Origin: Eledone cirrhosa
Lineage: Eukaryota
Direction of reading: 5' to 3'
Assembly (NCBI GenBank): GCA_964016885.1
Contig: OZ024744.1
Span: 113,708,001-113,772,000, forward strand
DNA: 64,000 nucleotides
The translations under genes and the position numbers were made by a program. Each line of letters starts with the position of its first letter. Position 1 is the stretch's first letter. Positions 46,330-63,100 of the stretch are shown here, piece by piece. The notes below the pieces were generated by a model that saw only the letters and a list, made by a program, of their open reading frames with translations, had not been told where the DNA came from and did not search any database.

Positions 46330-49300
46330 CAACAGTAACAACACTGTCATCACCATCAACAGTAACAACATTGTCATCACCATCAACAGTAGTAACACTG
46401 TCATCACCATCAACAGTAACAACATTGTCATCACCATCAACAGTAGTAACATTGCCATCACCATCAACAGTAATAACATTGTCATCACCATCAACAGTAG
46501 TAACATTGTCATCACCATCAACAGTAACAACACTGTCATCACCATCAACAGTAACAACACTGTCATCACCATCAACAGTAACAACATTGTCATCACCATC
46601 AACAGTAGTAACAATGTCATCACCATCAACAGTAACAACATTGTCATCACCATCAACAGTAACAACACTGTCATCACCATCAACAGTAACAACACTGTCA
46701 TCACCATCAACAGTAACAACATTGTCATCACCATCAACAGTAGTAACATTGTCATCACCATCAACAGTAACAACATTGTCATCACCATCAACACTAACAA
46801 CACTGTCATCACCATTAACAGTAACAACATTGTCATCACCATCAACAGTAACAACATTGTCATCACCATCAACAGTAACAACATTGTCATCACCATCAAC
46901 AGTTATAACATTGTCATCACCATCAACAGTAGTAACATTGTCATCACCATCAACAGTAACAACATTGTCATCACCATCAACAGTAACAACATTGTCATCA
47001 CCATCAACAGTAACAACACTGTCATCACCATCAACAGTAACAACATTGTAATCACCATCAACAGAAACAACATTGTCATCACCATCAACAGAAACAACAT
47101 TGTCATCACCATCAACAGTAGTAACATTGTCATCACTATCAACAGTAGTAACATTGTCATCACCATCAACAGTAGTAACACTGTCATCACCATCAACAGT
47201 AACAACATTGTCATCACCATCAACAGTAACAACATTGTCATCACCATCAACAGTAACAACACTGTCATCACCATCAACAGTAACAACATTGTAATCACCA
47301 TCAACAGTAACAACATTGTGATCACCATCAACAGTAGTAACATTGTCATCACCATCAACAGTAGTAACACCGTCTCACCATCAACAGTAACAACATTGTC
47401 ATCACCATCAACAGTAACAACATTGTCATCACCATCAACAGTAACAACACTGTCATCACCATCAACAGTAACAACATTGTCATCACCATCAACAGTAGTA
47501 ACATTGTCATCACCATCAACAGTAGTAACACCGTCTCAACATCAACAGTAACAACATTGTCATCACCATCAACAGTAACAACATTGTCATCACCATCAAC
47601 AGTAACAACATTGTCATCACCATCAACAGTTATAACATTGTCATCACCATCAACAGTAGTAACATTGTCATCACCATCAACAGTAGTAACACTGTCATCA
47701 CCATCAACAGTAACAACATTGTCATCACCATCAACAGTAGTAACATTGTCATCACCATCAACAGTAACAACAGTCATCACCATCAACAGTAGTAACATTG
47801 TCATCACCATCAACAGTAGTACCATTGTCATCACCATCAACAGTAGTAACATTGTCATCACCATCAACAGTAGTAACACCGTCTCAACATCAACAGTAAC
47901 AACATTGTCATCACCATCAACAGTAACAACATTGTCATCACCATCAACAGTAACAACATTGTCATCACCATCAACAGTTATAACATTGTCATCACCATCA
48001 ACAGTAGTAACATTGTCATCACCATCAACAGTAGTAACACTGTCATCACCATCAACAGTAACAACATTGTCATCACCATCAACAGTAGTAACATTGTCAT
48101 CACCATCAACAGTAACAACACTGTCATCACCATCAACAGTAACAACATTGTCATCACCATCAACAGTAGTAACACTGTCATCACCATCAACAGTAACAAC
48201 ATTGTCATCACCATCAACAGTAGTAACATTGCCATCACCATCAACAGTAATAACATTGTCATCACCATCAACAGTTATAACATTGTCATCACCATCAACA
48301 GTAGTAACATTGTCATCACCATCAACAGTAGTAACACTGTCATCACCATCAACAGTAACAACATTGTCATCACCATCAACAGTAGTAACATTGTCATCAC
48401 CATCAACAGTAACAACAGTCATCACCATCAACAGTAGTAACATTGTCATCACCATCAACAGTAGTACCATTGTCATCACCATCAACAGTAGTAACATTGT
48501 CATCACCATCAACAGTAGCAACACCGTCTCAACATCAACAGTAACAACATTGTCATCACCATCAACAGTAACAACATTGTCATCACCATCAACAGTAACA
48601 ACATTGTCATCACCATCAACAGTTATAACATTGTCATCACCATCAACAGTAGTAACATTGTCATCACCATCAACAGTAGTAACACTGTCATCACCATCAA
48701 CAGTAACAACATTGTCATCACCATCAACAGTAGTAACATTGTCATCACCATCAACAGTAACAACATTGTCATCACCATCAACAGTAGTAACACTGTCATC
48801 ACCATCAACAGTAACAACATTGTCATCACCATCAACAGTAGTAACATTGCCATCACCATCAACAGTAATAACATTGTCATCACCATCAACAGTAGTAACA
48901 TTGTCATCACCATCAACAGTAACAACACTGTCATCACCATCAACAGTAACAACACTGTCATCACCATCAACAGTAACAACATTGTCATCACCATCAACAG
49001 TAGTAACAATGTCATCACCATCAACAGTAACAACATTGTCATCACCATCAACAGTAACAACACTGTCATCACCATCAACAGTAACAACACTGTCATCACC
49101 ATCAACAGTAACAACATTGTCATCACCATCAACAGTAGTAACATTGTCATCACCATCAACAGTAACAACATTGTCATCACCATCAACACTAACAACACTG
49201 TCATCACCATCAACAGTAACAACATTGTCATCACCATCAACAGTAACAACATTGTCATCACCATCAACAGTAACAACATTGTCATCACCATCAACAGTTA

Positions 49301-50910
49301 TAACATTGTCATCACCATCAACAGTAGTAACATTGTCATCACCATCAACAGTAACAACATTGTCATCACCATCAACAGTAACAACATTGTCATCACCATC
49401 AACAGTAACAACACTGTCATCACCATCAACAGTAACAACATTGTAATCACCATCAACAGAAACAACATTGTCATCACCATCAACAGAAACAACATTGTCA
49501 TCACCATCAACAGTAGTAACATTGTCATCACTATCAACAGTAGTAACATTGTCATCACCATCAACAGTAGTAACACTGTCATCACCATCAACAGTAACAA
49601 CATTGTCATCACCATCAACAGTAACAACATTGTCATCACCATCAACAGTAACAACACTGTCATCACCATCAACAGTAACAACATTGTAATCACCATCAAC
49701 AGTAACAACATTGTGATCACCATCAACAGTAGTAACATTGTCATCACCATCAACAGTAGTAACACCGTCTCACCATCAACAGTAACAACATTGTCATCAC
49801 CATCAACAGTAACAACATTGTCATCACCATCAACAGTAACAACACTGTCATCACCATCAACAGTAACAACATTGTCATCACCATCAACAGTAGTAACATT
49901 GTCATCACCATCAACAGTAGTAACACCGTCTCAACATCAACAGTTATAACATTGTCATCACCATCAACAGTAGTAACATTGTCATCACCATCAACAGTAG
50001 TAACACTGTCATCACCATCAACAGTAACAACACTGTCATCACCATCAACAGTAACAACACTGTCATCACCATCAACAGTAACAACATTGTCATCACCATC
50101 AACAGTAGTAACATTGTCATCACCATCAACAGTAACAACATTGTCATCACCATCAACACTAACAACACTGTCATCACCATCAACAGTAACAACATTGTCA
50201 TCACCATCAACAGTAACAACATTGTCATCACCATCAACAGTAACAACATTGTCATCACCATCAACAGTTATAACATTGTCATCACCATCAACAGTAGTAA
50301 CATTGTCATCACCATCAACAGTAACAACATTGTCATCACCATCAACAGTAACAACATTGTCATCACCATCAACAGTAACAACACTGTCATCACCATCAAC
50401 AGTAACAACATTGTAATCACCATCAACAGAAACAACATTGTCATCACCATCAACAGAAACAACATTGTCATCACCATCAACAGTAGTAACATTGTCATCA
50501 CTATCAACAGTAGTAACATTGTCATCACCATCAACAGTAGTAACACTGTCATCACCATCAACAGTAACAACATTGTCATCACCATCAACAGTAACAACAT
50601 TGTCATCACCATCAACAGTAACAACACTGTCATCACCATCAACAGTAACAACATTGTAATCACCATCAACAGTAACAACATTGTGATCACCATCAACAGT
50701 AGTAACATTGTCATCACCATCAACAGTAGTAACACCGTCTCACCATCAACAGTAACAACATTGTCATCACCATCAACAGTAACAACATTGTCATCACCAT
50801 CAACAGTAACAACACTGTCATCACCATCAACAGTAACAACATTGTCATCACCATCAACAGTAGTAACATTGTCATCACCATCAACAGTAGTAACACCGTC
50901 TCAACATCAA
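46330..50910. repeat. Three related blocks: 2395-bp offset duplication followed by a 970-bp tandem duplication
   Basis: Identical ORFs 46903..47370, 49298..49765 and 50268..50735; the doubled CAGAAAC variant occurs at ~47060, ~49455 and ~50425. Confidence 0.88.
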
Positions 50911-51119
50911 CAGTAACAACATTGTCATCACCATCAACAGTAACAACATTGTCATCACCATCAACAGTAACAACATTGTCATCACCATCAACAGTTATAA
51001 CATTGTCATCACCATCAACAGTAGTAACATTGTCATCACCATCAACAGTAGTAACACTGTCATCACCATCAACAGTAACAACATTGTCATCACCATCAAC
51101 AGTAGTAACATTGTCATCA

Positions 51120-54100
51120 CCATCAACAGTAACAACAGTCATCACCATCAACAGTAGTAACATTGTCATCACCATCAACAGTAGTACCATTGTCATCACC
51201 ATCAACAGTAGTAACATTGTCATCACCATCAACAGTAGTAACATTGTCATCACCATCAACAGTAACAACATTGTCATCACCATCATCAGTAGTAACAATG
51301 TCATCACCATCAACAGTAGTAACATTGTCATCACCATCAACAGTAGTAACACTGTCATCACCATCAACAGTAACAACACTGTCATCACCATCAACAGTAA
51401 CAATATTGTCATCACCATCAACAGTAACATTGTCATCACCATCAACAGTAGTAACATTGACATCACCATCAACAGTAACAACACTGTCATCACCATCAAC
51501 AGTAACAACATTGTCATCACCATCAACAGTAGTAACATTGCCATCACCATCAAGAGTAATAACATTGTCATCACCATCAACAGTAGTAACATTGTCATCA
51601 CCATCAACAGTAACAACACTGTCATCACCATCAACAGTAACAACATTGTCATCACCATCAACAGTAGTAACAATGTCATCACCATCAACAGTAACAACAT
51701 TGGCATCACCATCAACAGTAGTAACATTGTCATCACCATCAACAGTAACAACACTGTCATCACCATCAACAGTAACAACACTGTCATCACCATCAACAGT
51801 AACAACATTGTCATCACCATCAACAATAGTAACACTGTCATCACCATCAACAGTAACAACATTGTCATCACCATCAACACTAACAACACTGTCATCACCA
51901 TCAACAGTAACAACATTGTCAGCACCATCAACAGTAACAACATTGTCATCACCATCAACAGTAACAACATTGTCATCACCATCAACAGTAACAACACTGT
52001 CATCACCATCAACAGTAACAACATTGTCATCACCATCAACAGTTATAACATTGTCCTCACCATCAACAGTAGTAACATTGTCATCACCATCAACAGTAGT
52101 AACACTGTCATCACCATCAACAGTAACAACATTGTCATCACCATCAACAGTAGTAACATTGTCATCACCATCAACAGTAGTAACACTGTCATCACCATCA
52201 ACAGTAACATTGTCATCACCATCAACAGTAGTAACATTGTCATCACCATCATCAGTAACAACATTGTCATCACCATCAACAGTAACAACATTGTCATCAC
52301 CATCAACAGTAGTAACATTATCATCGCCATCAACAGTAACAACATTGTCATCACCATCAACAACACTGTCATCACCATCAACAGTAGTAACATTGTCATC
52401 ACCATCAACAGTAATAACATTGTCATCACCATCAACAGTAACAACACTGTCATCACCATCAACAGTAACAACACTGTCATCACCATCAACAGTAACATTG
52501 TTATCACCATCAACAGTAGTAACATTGTCATCACCATCAACAGTAACAACACTGTCATCACCATCAACAGTAACAACATTGTCATCACCATCAACAGTAG
52601 TAATATTGTCATCACCATCAACAACACTGTCATCACCATCAACAGTAACAACATTGTCATCACCATCAACAACACTGTCATCACCATCAACAGTAGTAAC
52701 ATTGTCATCACCATCAACAGTAATAACATTGTCATCACCATCAACAGTAACAACACTGTCATCACCATCAACAGTAACAACACTGTCATCACCATCAACA
52801 GTAACAACATTGTCATCACCATCAACAGTAGTAACATTGCCATCACCATCAAGAGTAATAACATTGTCATCACCATCAACAGTAGTAACATTGTCATCAC
52901 CATCAACAGTAACAACACTGTCATCACCATCAACAGTAACAACATTGTCATCACCATCAACAGTAGTAACAATGTCATCACCATCAACAGTAACAACATT
53001 GTCATCACCATCAACAGTAGTAACATTGTCATCACCATCAACAGTAACAACACTGTCATCACCATCAACAGTAACAACACTGTCAGCACCATCAACAGTA
53101 ACAACATTGTCATCACCATCAACAGTAGAAACATTGTCATCACCATCAACAGTAACAACATTGTCATCACCATCAACAATAGTAACACTGTCATCACCAT
53201 CAACAGTAACAACATTGTCATCACCATCAACACTAACAACACTGTCATCACCATCAACAGTAACAACATTGTCAGCACCATCAACAGTAACAACATTGTC
53301 ATCACCATCAACAGTAACACCATTGTCATCACCATCAACAGTAACAACATTGTCATCACCATCAACAGTAACAACATTGTCATCACCATCAACAGTTATA
53401 ACATTGTCCTCACCATCAACAGTAGTAACATTGTCATCACCATCAACAGTAGTAACACTGTCATCACCATCAACAGTAACAACATTGTCATCACCATCAA
53501 CAGTAGTAACATTGTCATCACCATCAACAGTAACAACAGTCATCACCATCAACAGTAGTAACACTGTCATCACCATCAACAGTAACATTGTCATCACCAT
53601 CAACAGTAGTAACATTGTCATCACCATCATCAGTAACAACATTGTCATCACCATCAACAGTAACAACATTGTCATCACCATCAACAGTAGTAACATTGTC
53701 ATCACCATCAACAGTAGTACCATTGTCATCACCATCAACAGTAGTAACATTGTCATCACCATCAACAGTAGTAACATTGTCATCACCATCAACAGTAACA
53801 ACACTGTTATCACCATCAACAGTAACAACATTGTCATCACCATCAACAGTAGAAACAATGTCATCACCATCAACAGTAGTAACATTGTCATCACCATCTA
53901 CAGTAGTAACATTGTCATCACCATCAACAGCAGTAACACTGTCATCACTATCAACAGTAACAACATTGTCATCACCATCAACAGTAACAACATTGTCATC
54001 ACCATCAACAGTAACAACACTGTCATCACCATCAACAGTAACATTGTCATCACCATCAACAGTAGTAACATTGTCATCACCATCAACAGTAACAACACTG

Positions 54101-57100
54101 TCATCACCATCAACAGTAACAACATTGTCATCACCATCAACAGTAGTAACAATGTCATCACCATCAACAGTAACAACATTGTCATCACCATCAACAGTAG
54201 TAACAATGTCATCACCATCAACAGTAGTAACATTGTCATCACCATCAACAGTAGTAACATTGTCATCACCATCAACAGCAGTAACACTGTCATCACCATC
54301 AACAGTAACAACATTGTCATCACCATCAACAGTAACAACATTGTCATCACCATCAACAGTAACAACACTGTCATCACCATCAACAGTAACAACATTGTCA
54401 TCACCATCAACAGTAACAACACTGTCATCACCATCAACAGTAACAACATTGTAATCACCATCAACAGTAACAACATTGTCATCACCATCAACAGTTATAA
54501 CATTGTCATCACCATCAACAGTAGTAACATTGTCATCACTATCAACAGTAGTAACATTGTCATCACTATCAACAGTAGTAACATTGTCATCACCATCAAC
54601 AGTAGTAACACTGTCATCACCATCAACAGTAACAACATTGTCATCACCATCAACAGTAACAACATTGTCATCACCATCAACAGTAACAACACTGTCATCA
54701 CCATCAACAGTAACAACATTGTAATCACCATCAACAGTAACAACATTGTCATCACCATCAACAGTAGAAACAATGTCATCACCATCAACAGTAGTAACAT
54801 TGTCATCACCATCAACAGTAGTAACATTGTCATCACCATCAACAGCAGTAACACTGTCATCACCATCAACAGTAACAACATTGTCATCACCATCAACAGT
54901 AACAACATTGTCATCACAATCAACAGTAACAACACTGTCATCACCATCAACAGTAACATTGTCATCACCATCAACAGTAGTAACATTGTCATCACCATCA
55001 ACAGTAACAACACTGTCATCACCATCAACAGTAACAACATTGTCATCACCATCAACAGTAGTAACAATGTCATCACCATCAACAGTAACAACATTGTCAT
55101 CACCATCAACAGTAGTAACAATGTCATCACCATCAACAGTAGTAACATTGTCATCACCATCAACAGTAGTAACATTGTCATCACCATCAACAGTAGTAAC
55201 ATTGTCATCACCATCAACAGCAGTAACACTGTCATCACCATCAACAGTAACAACACTGTCATCACCATCAACAGTAACAACATTGTCATCACCATCAACA
55301 GTAACAACACTGTCATCACCATCAACAGTAACAATATTGTCATCACCATCAACAGTAACATTGTTATCACCATCAACAGTAGTAACATTGTCATCACCAT
55401 CAACAGTAACAACACTGTCATCACCATCAACAGTAACAACATTGTCATCACCATCAACAGTAGTAATATTGTCATCACCATCAACAGTAACAACACTGTC
55501 ATCACCATCAACAGTAGTAACACTGTCATCACCATCAACAGTAACAACATTGTCATCACCATCAACAGTAACAACATTGTCATCACCATCAACAGTAACA
55601 ACACTGTCATCACCATCAACAGTTATAACATTGTCATCACCATCAACAGTAGTAACATTGTCATCACTATCAACAGTAGTAACATTGTCATCACCATCAA
55701 CAGTAGTAACACTGTCATCACCATCAACAGTAACAACATTGTCATCACCATCAACAGTAACAACATTGTCATCACCATCAACAGTAACAACACTGTCATC
55801 ACCATCAACAGTAACAACATTGTCATCACCATCAACAGTAACAACACTGTCATCACCATCAACAGTAACAACATTGTCATCACCATCAACAGTAGTAACA
55901 TTGTCATCACCATCAACAGTAGTAACACCGTCTCAACATCAACAGTAACAACATTGTCATCACCATCAACAGTAACAACATGGTCATCACCATCAATATC
56001 AACAGTAGTAACATTGTCATCACCATCAACAGTAACAATACTGCCATCACTATCAACAGTACCAACATTGTCATCACCATCAACAGTAACAACATTGTCA
56101 TCACCATCAACAGTAACAATATTGTCATCACCATCAACAGTTATAACATTGTCATCACCATCAACAGTAGTAACATTGTCATCACCATCAACAGTAGTAA
56201 CACTGTCATCACCATCAACAGTAACAACATTGTCATCACCATCAACAATAGTAACATTGTCATCACCATCAACAGTAACAACAGTCATCACCATCAACAG
56301 TAGTAACACTGTCATCACCATCAACAGTAACAACACTGTCATCACCATCAACAGTAACAACATTGTCATCACCATCAACAGTAGTAACATTGTCATCACC
56401 ATCAACAGTAACAACACTGTCATCACCATCAACAGTAACAACATTGTCATCACCATCAACAGTAGTAACACTGTCATCACCATCAACAGTAACAACATTG
56501 TCATCACCATCAACAGTAGTAATATTGCCATCACCATCAACAGTAATAACATTGTCATCACCATCAACAGTAGTAACATTGTCATCACCATCAACAACAC
56601 TGTCATCACCATCAACAGTAACAACACTGTCATCACCAACAGTAACAACATTGTCATCACCATCAACAGTAGTAACAATGTCATCACCATCAACATTAAC
56701 AACATTGTCATCACCATCAACAGTAACAACACTGTCATCACCATCAACAGTAACAACACTGTCATCACCATCAACAGTAACAACATTGTCATCACCATCA
56801 ACAGTAGTAACATTGTCATCACCATCAACAGTAACAACATTGTCATCACCATCAACACTAACAACACTGTCATCACCATCAACAGTAACAACATTGTCAT
56901 CACCATCAACAGTAACAACATTGTCATCACCATCAACAGTAACAACATTGTCATCACCATCAACAGTTATAACATTGTCATCACCATCAACAGTAGTAAC
57001 ATTGTCATTACCATCAACAGTAGTAACACTGTCATCACCATCAACAGTAACAACATTGTCATCACCATCAACAGTAGTAACATTGTCATCACCATCAACA

Positions 57101-60100
57101 GTAACAACATTGTCATCACCATCAACAGTAACAACATTGTCATCACCATCAACAGTAACAACACTGTCATCACCATCAACAGTAACAACATTGTAATCAC
57201 CATCAACAGTAACAACATTGTCATCACCATCAACAGTTATAACATTGTCATCACCATCAACAGTAGTAACATTGTCATCACTATCAACAGTAGTAACATT
57301 GTCATCACCATCAACAGTAGTAACACTGTCATCACCATCAACAGTAACAACATTGTCATCACCATCAACAGTAACAACATTGTCATCACCATCAACAGTA
57401 ACAACACTGTCATCACCATCAACAGTAACAACATTGTAATCACCATCAACAGTAACAACATTGTCATCACCATCAACAGTAGTAACATTGTCATCACCAT
57501 CAACAGTAGTAACACTGTCTCACCATCAACAGTAACAACATTGTCATCACCATCAACAGTAACAACATTGTCATCACCATCAACAGTAACAACACTGTCA
57601 TCACCATCAACAGTAACAACATTGTCATCACCATCAACAGTAGTAACATTGTCATCACCATCAACAGTAGTAACACCGTCTCAACATCAACAGTAACAAC
57701 ATTGTCATCACCATCAACAGTAACAACATTGTCATCACCATCAACATCAACAGTAGTAACATTGTCATCACCATCAACAGTAACAACACTGCCATCACTA
57801 TCAACAGTACCAACATTGTCATCACCATCAACAGTAACAACATTGTCATCACCATCAACAGTAACAACATTGTCATCACCATCAACAGTAACAACATTGT
57901 CATCACCATCAACAGTTATAACATTGTCATCACCATCAACAGTAGTAACATTGTCATCACCATCAACAGTAGTAACACTGTCATCACCATCAACAGTAAC
58001 AACATTGTCATCACCATCAACAGTAACAACAGTCATCACCATCAACAGTAGTAACATTGTCATCACCATCAACAGTAGTACCATTGTCATCACCATCAAC
58101 AGTAGTAACATTGTCATCACCATCAACAGTAGTAACATTGTCATCACCATCAACAGTAACAACATTGTCATCACCATCATCAGTAGTAACAATGTCATCA
58201 CCATCAACAGTAGTAACATTGTCATCACCATCAACAGTAGTAACACTGTCATCACCATCAACAGTAACAACACTGTCATCACCATCAACAGTAACAATAT
58301 TGTCATCACCATCAACAGTAACATTGTCATCACCATCAACAGTAGTAACATTGTCATCACCATCAACAGTAACAACACTGTCATCACCATCAACAGTAAC
58401 AACATTGTCATCACCATCAACAGTAGTAACATTGCCATCACCATCAAGAGTAATAACATTGTCATCACCATCAACAGTAGTAACATTGTCATCACCATCA
58501 ACAGTAACAACATTGTCATCACCATCAACAGTAGTAACAATGTCATCACCATCAACAGTAACAACATTGGCATCACCATCAACAGTAGTAACATTGTCAT
58601 CACCATCAACAGTAACAACACTGTCATCACCATCAACAGTAGTAACATTGTCATCACCATCAACAGTAACAACACTGTCATCACCATCAACAGTAACAAC
58701 ATTGTCATCACCATCAACAGTAGTAACAATGTCATCACCATCAACAGTAACAACATTGTCATCACCATCAACAGTAGTAACAATGTCATCACCATCAACA
58801 GTAGTAACATTGTCATCACCATCAACAGTAGTAACATTGTCATCACCATCAACAGCAGTAACACTGTCATCACCATCAACAGTAACAACACTGTCATCAC
58901 CATCAACAGTAACAACATTGTCATCACCATCAACAGTAACAACACTGTCATCACCATCAACAGTAACAATATTGTCATCACCATCAACAGTAACAACACT
59001 GTCATCACCATCAACAGTAACAACATTGTCATCACCATCAACAGTAGTAATATTGTCATCACCATCAACAGTAACAACACTGTCATCACCATCAACAGTA
59101 GTAACACTGTCATCACCATCAACAGTAGTAACATTGTCATCACCATCAACAGTAACAACATTGTCATCACCATCAACAGTAACAACATTGTCATCACCAT
59201 CAACAGTAACAACACTGTCATCACCATCAACAGTAACAACATTGTAATCACCATCAACAGTAACAACATTGTCATCACCATCAACAGTTATAACATTGTC
59301 ATCACCATCAACAGTAGTAACATTGTCATCACTATCAACAGTAGTAACATTGTCATCACCATCAACAGTAGTAACACTGTCATCACCATCAACAGTAACA
59401 ACATTGTCATCACCATCAACAGTAACAACATTGTCATCACCATCAACAGTAACAACACTGTCATCACCATCAACAGTAACAACATTGTCATCACCATCAA
59501 CAGTAACAACACTGTCATCACCATCAACAGTAACAACATTGTCATCACCATCAACAGTAGTAACATTGTCATCACCATCAACAGTAGTAACACCGTCTCA
59601 ACATCAACAGTAACAACATTGTCATCACCATCAACAGTAACAACATTGTCATCACCATCAACAGTTATAACATTGTCATCACCATCAACAGTAGTAACAT
59701 TGTCATCACCATCAACAGTAGTAACACTGTCATCACCATCAACAGTAACAACATTGTCATCACCATCAACAATAGTAACATTGTCATCACCATCAACAGT
59801 AACAACAGTCATCACCAGTAGTAACACTGTCATCACCATCAACAGTAACAACACTGTCATCACCATCAACAACATTGTCATCACCATCAACTGTAGTAAC
59901 ATTGTCATCACCATCAACAGTAACAACACTGTCATCACCATCAACAGTAACAACATTGTCATCACCATCAACAGTAGTAACACTGTCATCACCATCAACA
60001 GTAACAACATTGTCATCACCATCAACAGTAGTAACATTGCCATCACCATCAACAGTAATAACATTGTCATCACCATCAACAGTAGTAACATTGTCATCAC

Positions 60101-63100
60101 CATCAACAGTAACAACACTGTCATCACCATCAACAGTAACAACACTGTCATCACCAACAGTAACAACATTGTCATCACCATCAACAGTAGTAACAATGTC
60201 ATCACCATCAACAGTAACAACATTGTCATCACCATCAACAGTAACAACACTGTCATCACCATCAACAGTAACAACACTGTCATCACCATCAACAGTAACA
60301 ACATTGTCATCACCATCAACAGTAGTAACATTGTCATCACCATCAACAGTAACAACATTGTCATCACCATCAACACTAACAACACTGTCATCACCATCAA
60401 CAGTAACAACATTGTCATCACCATCAACAGTAACAACATTGTCATCACCATCAACAGTAACAACTTTGTCATCACCATCAACAGTTATAACATTGTCATC
60501 ACCATCAACAGTAGTAACATTGTCATTACCATCAACAGTAGTAACACTGTCATCACCATCAACAGTAACAACATTGTCATCACCATCAACAGTAGTAACA
60601 TTGTCATCACCATCAACAGTAACAACATTGTCATCACCATCAACAGTAACAACATTGTCATCACCATCAACAGTAACAACACTGTCATCACCATCAACAG
60701 TAACAACATTGTAATCACCATCAACAGTAACAACATTGTCATCACCATCAACAGTTATAACATTGTCATCACCATCAACAGTAGTAACATTGTCATCACT
60801 ATCAACAGTAGTAACATTGTCATCACCATCAACAGTAGTAACACTGTCATCACCATCAACAGTAACAACATTGTCATCACCATCAACAGTAACAACATTG
60901 TCATCACCATCAACAGTAACAACACTGTCATCACCATCAACAGTAACAACATTGTAATCACCATCAACAGTAACAACATTGTCATCACCATCAACAGTAG
61001 TAACATTGTCATCACCATCAACAGTAACAACACTGTCATCACCATCAACAGTAACAACATTGTCATCACCATCAACAGTAGTAACATTGTCATCACCATC
61101 AACAGTAGTAACACCGTCTCAACATCAACAGTAACAACATTGTCATCACCATCAACAGTAACAACATTGTCATCACCATCAACATCAACAGTAGTAACAT
61201 TGTCATCACCATCAACAGTAACAACACTGCCATCACTATCAACAGTACCAACATTGTCATCACCATCAACAGTAACAACATTGTCATCACCATCAACAGT
61301 AACAACATTGTCATCACCATCAACAGTAACAACATTGTCATCACCATCAACAGTTATAACATTGTCATCACCATCAACAGTAGTAACATTGTCATCACCA
61401 TCAACAGTAGTAACACTGTCATCACCATCAACAGTAACAACATTGTCATCACCATCAACAGTAGTAACATTGTCATCACCATCAACAGTAACAACAGTCA
61501 TCACCATCAACAGTAGTAACATTGTCATCACCATCAACAGTAGTACCATTGTCATCACCATCAACAGTAGTAACATTGTCATCACCATCAACAGTAGTAA
61601 CATTGTCATCACCATCAACAGTAACAACATTGTCATCACCATCATCAGTAGTAACAATGTCATCACCATCAACAGTAGTAACATTGTCATCACCATCAAC
61701 AGTAACAACACTGTCATCACCATCAACAGTAACAATATTGTCATCACCATCAACAGTAACATTGTCATCACCATCAACAGTAGTAACATTGTCATCACCA
61801 TCAACAGTAACAACACTGTCATCACCATCAACAGTAACAACATTGTCATCACCATCAACAGTAGTAACATTGCCATCACCATCAAGAGTAATAACATTGT
61901 CATCACCATCAACAGTAGTAACATTGTCATCACCATCAACAGTAACAACACTGTCATCACCATCAACAGTAACAACATTGTCATCACCATCAACAGTAGT
62001 AACAATGTCATCACCATCAACAGTAACAACATTGGCATCACCATCAACAGTAGTAACATTGTCATCACCATCAACAGTAACAACACTGTCATCACCATCA
62101 ACAGTAACAACACTGTCATCACCATCAACAGTAACAACATTGTCATCACCATCAACAATAGTAACACTGTCATCACCATCAACAGTAACAACATTGTCAT
62201 CACCATCAACACTAACAACACTGTCATCACCATCAACAGTAACAACATTGTCAGCACCATCAACAGTAACAACATTGTCATCACCATCAACAGAAACACC
62301 ATTGTCATCACCATCAACAGTAACAACATTGTCATCACCATCAACAGTTATAACATTGTCCTCACCATCAACAGTAGTAACATTGTCCTCACCATCAACA
62401 GTAGTAACATTGTCATCACCATCAACAGTAGTAACACTGTCATCACCATCAACAGTAACAACATTGTCATCACCATCAACAGTAGTAACATTGTCATCAC
62501 CATCAACAGTAGTAACACTGTCATCACCATCAACAGTAACATTGTCATCACCATCAACAGTAGTAACATTGTCATCACCATCATCAGTAACAACATTGTC
62601 ATCACCATCAACAGTAACAACATTGTCATCACCATCAACAGTAGTAACATTATCATCACCATCAACAGTAACAACATTGTCATCACTATCAACAACACTG
62701 TCATCACCATCAACAGTAGTAACATTGTCATCACCATCAACAGTAATAACATTGTCATCACCATCAACAGTAACAACACTGTCATCACCATCAACAGTAA
62801 CAACACTGTCATCACCATCAACAGTAACATTGTTATCACCATCAACAGTAGTAACATTGTCATCACCATCAACAGTAACAACACTGTCATCACCATCAAC
62901 AGTAACAACATTGTCATCACCATCAACAGTAGTAATATTGTCATCACCATCAACAGTAACAACACTGTCATCACCATCAACAGTAACAACATTGTCATCA
63001 TCATCAACAACACTGTCATCACCATCAACAGTAGTAACATTGTCATCACCATCAACAGTAATAACATTGTCATCACCATCAACAGTAACAACACTGTCAT

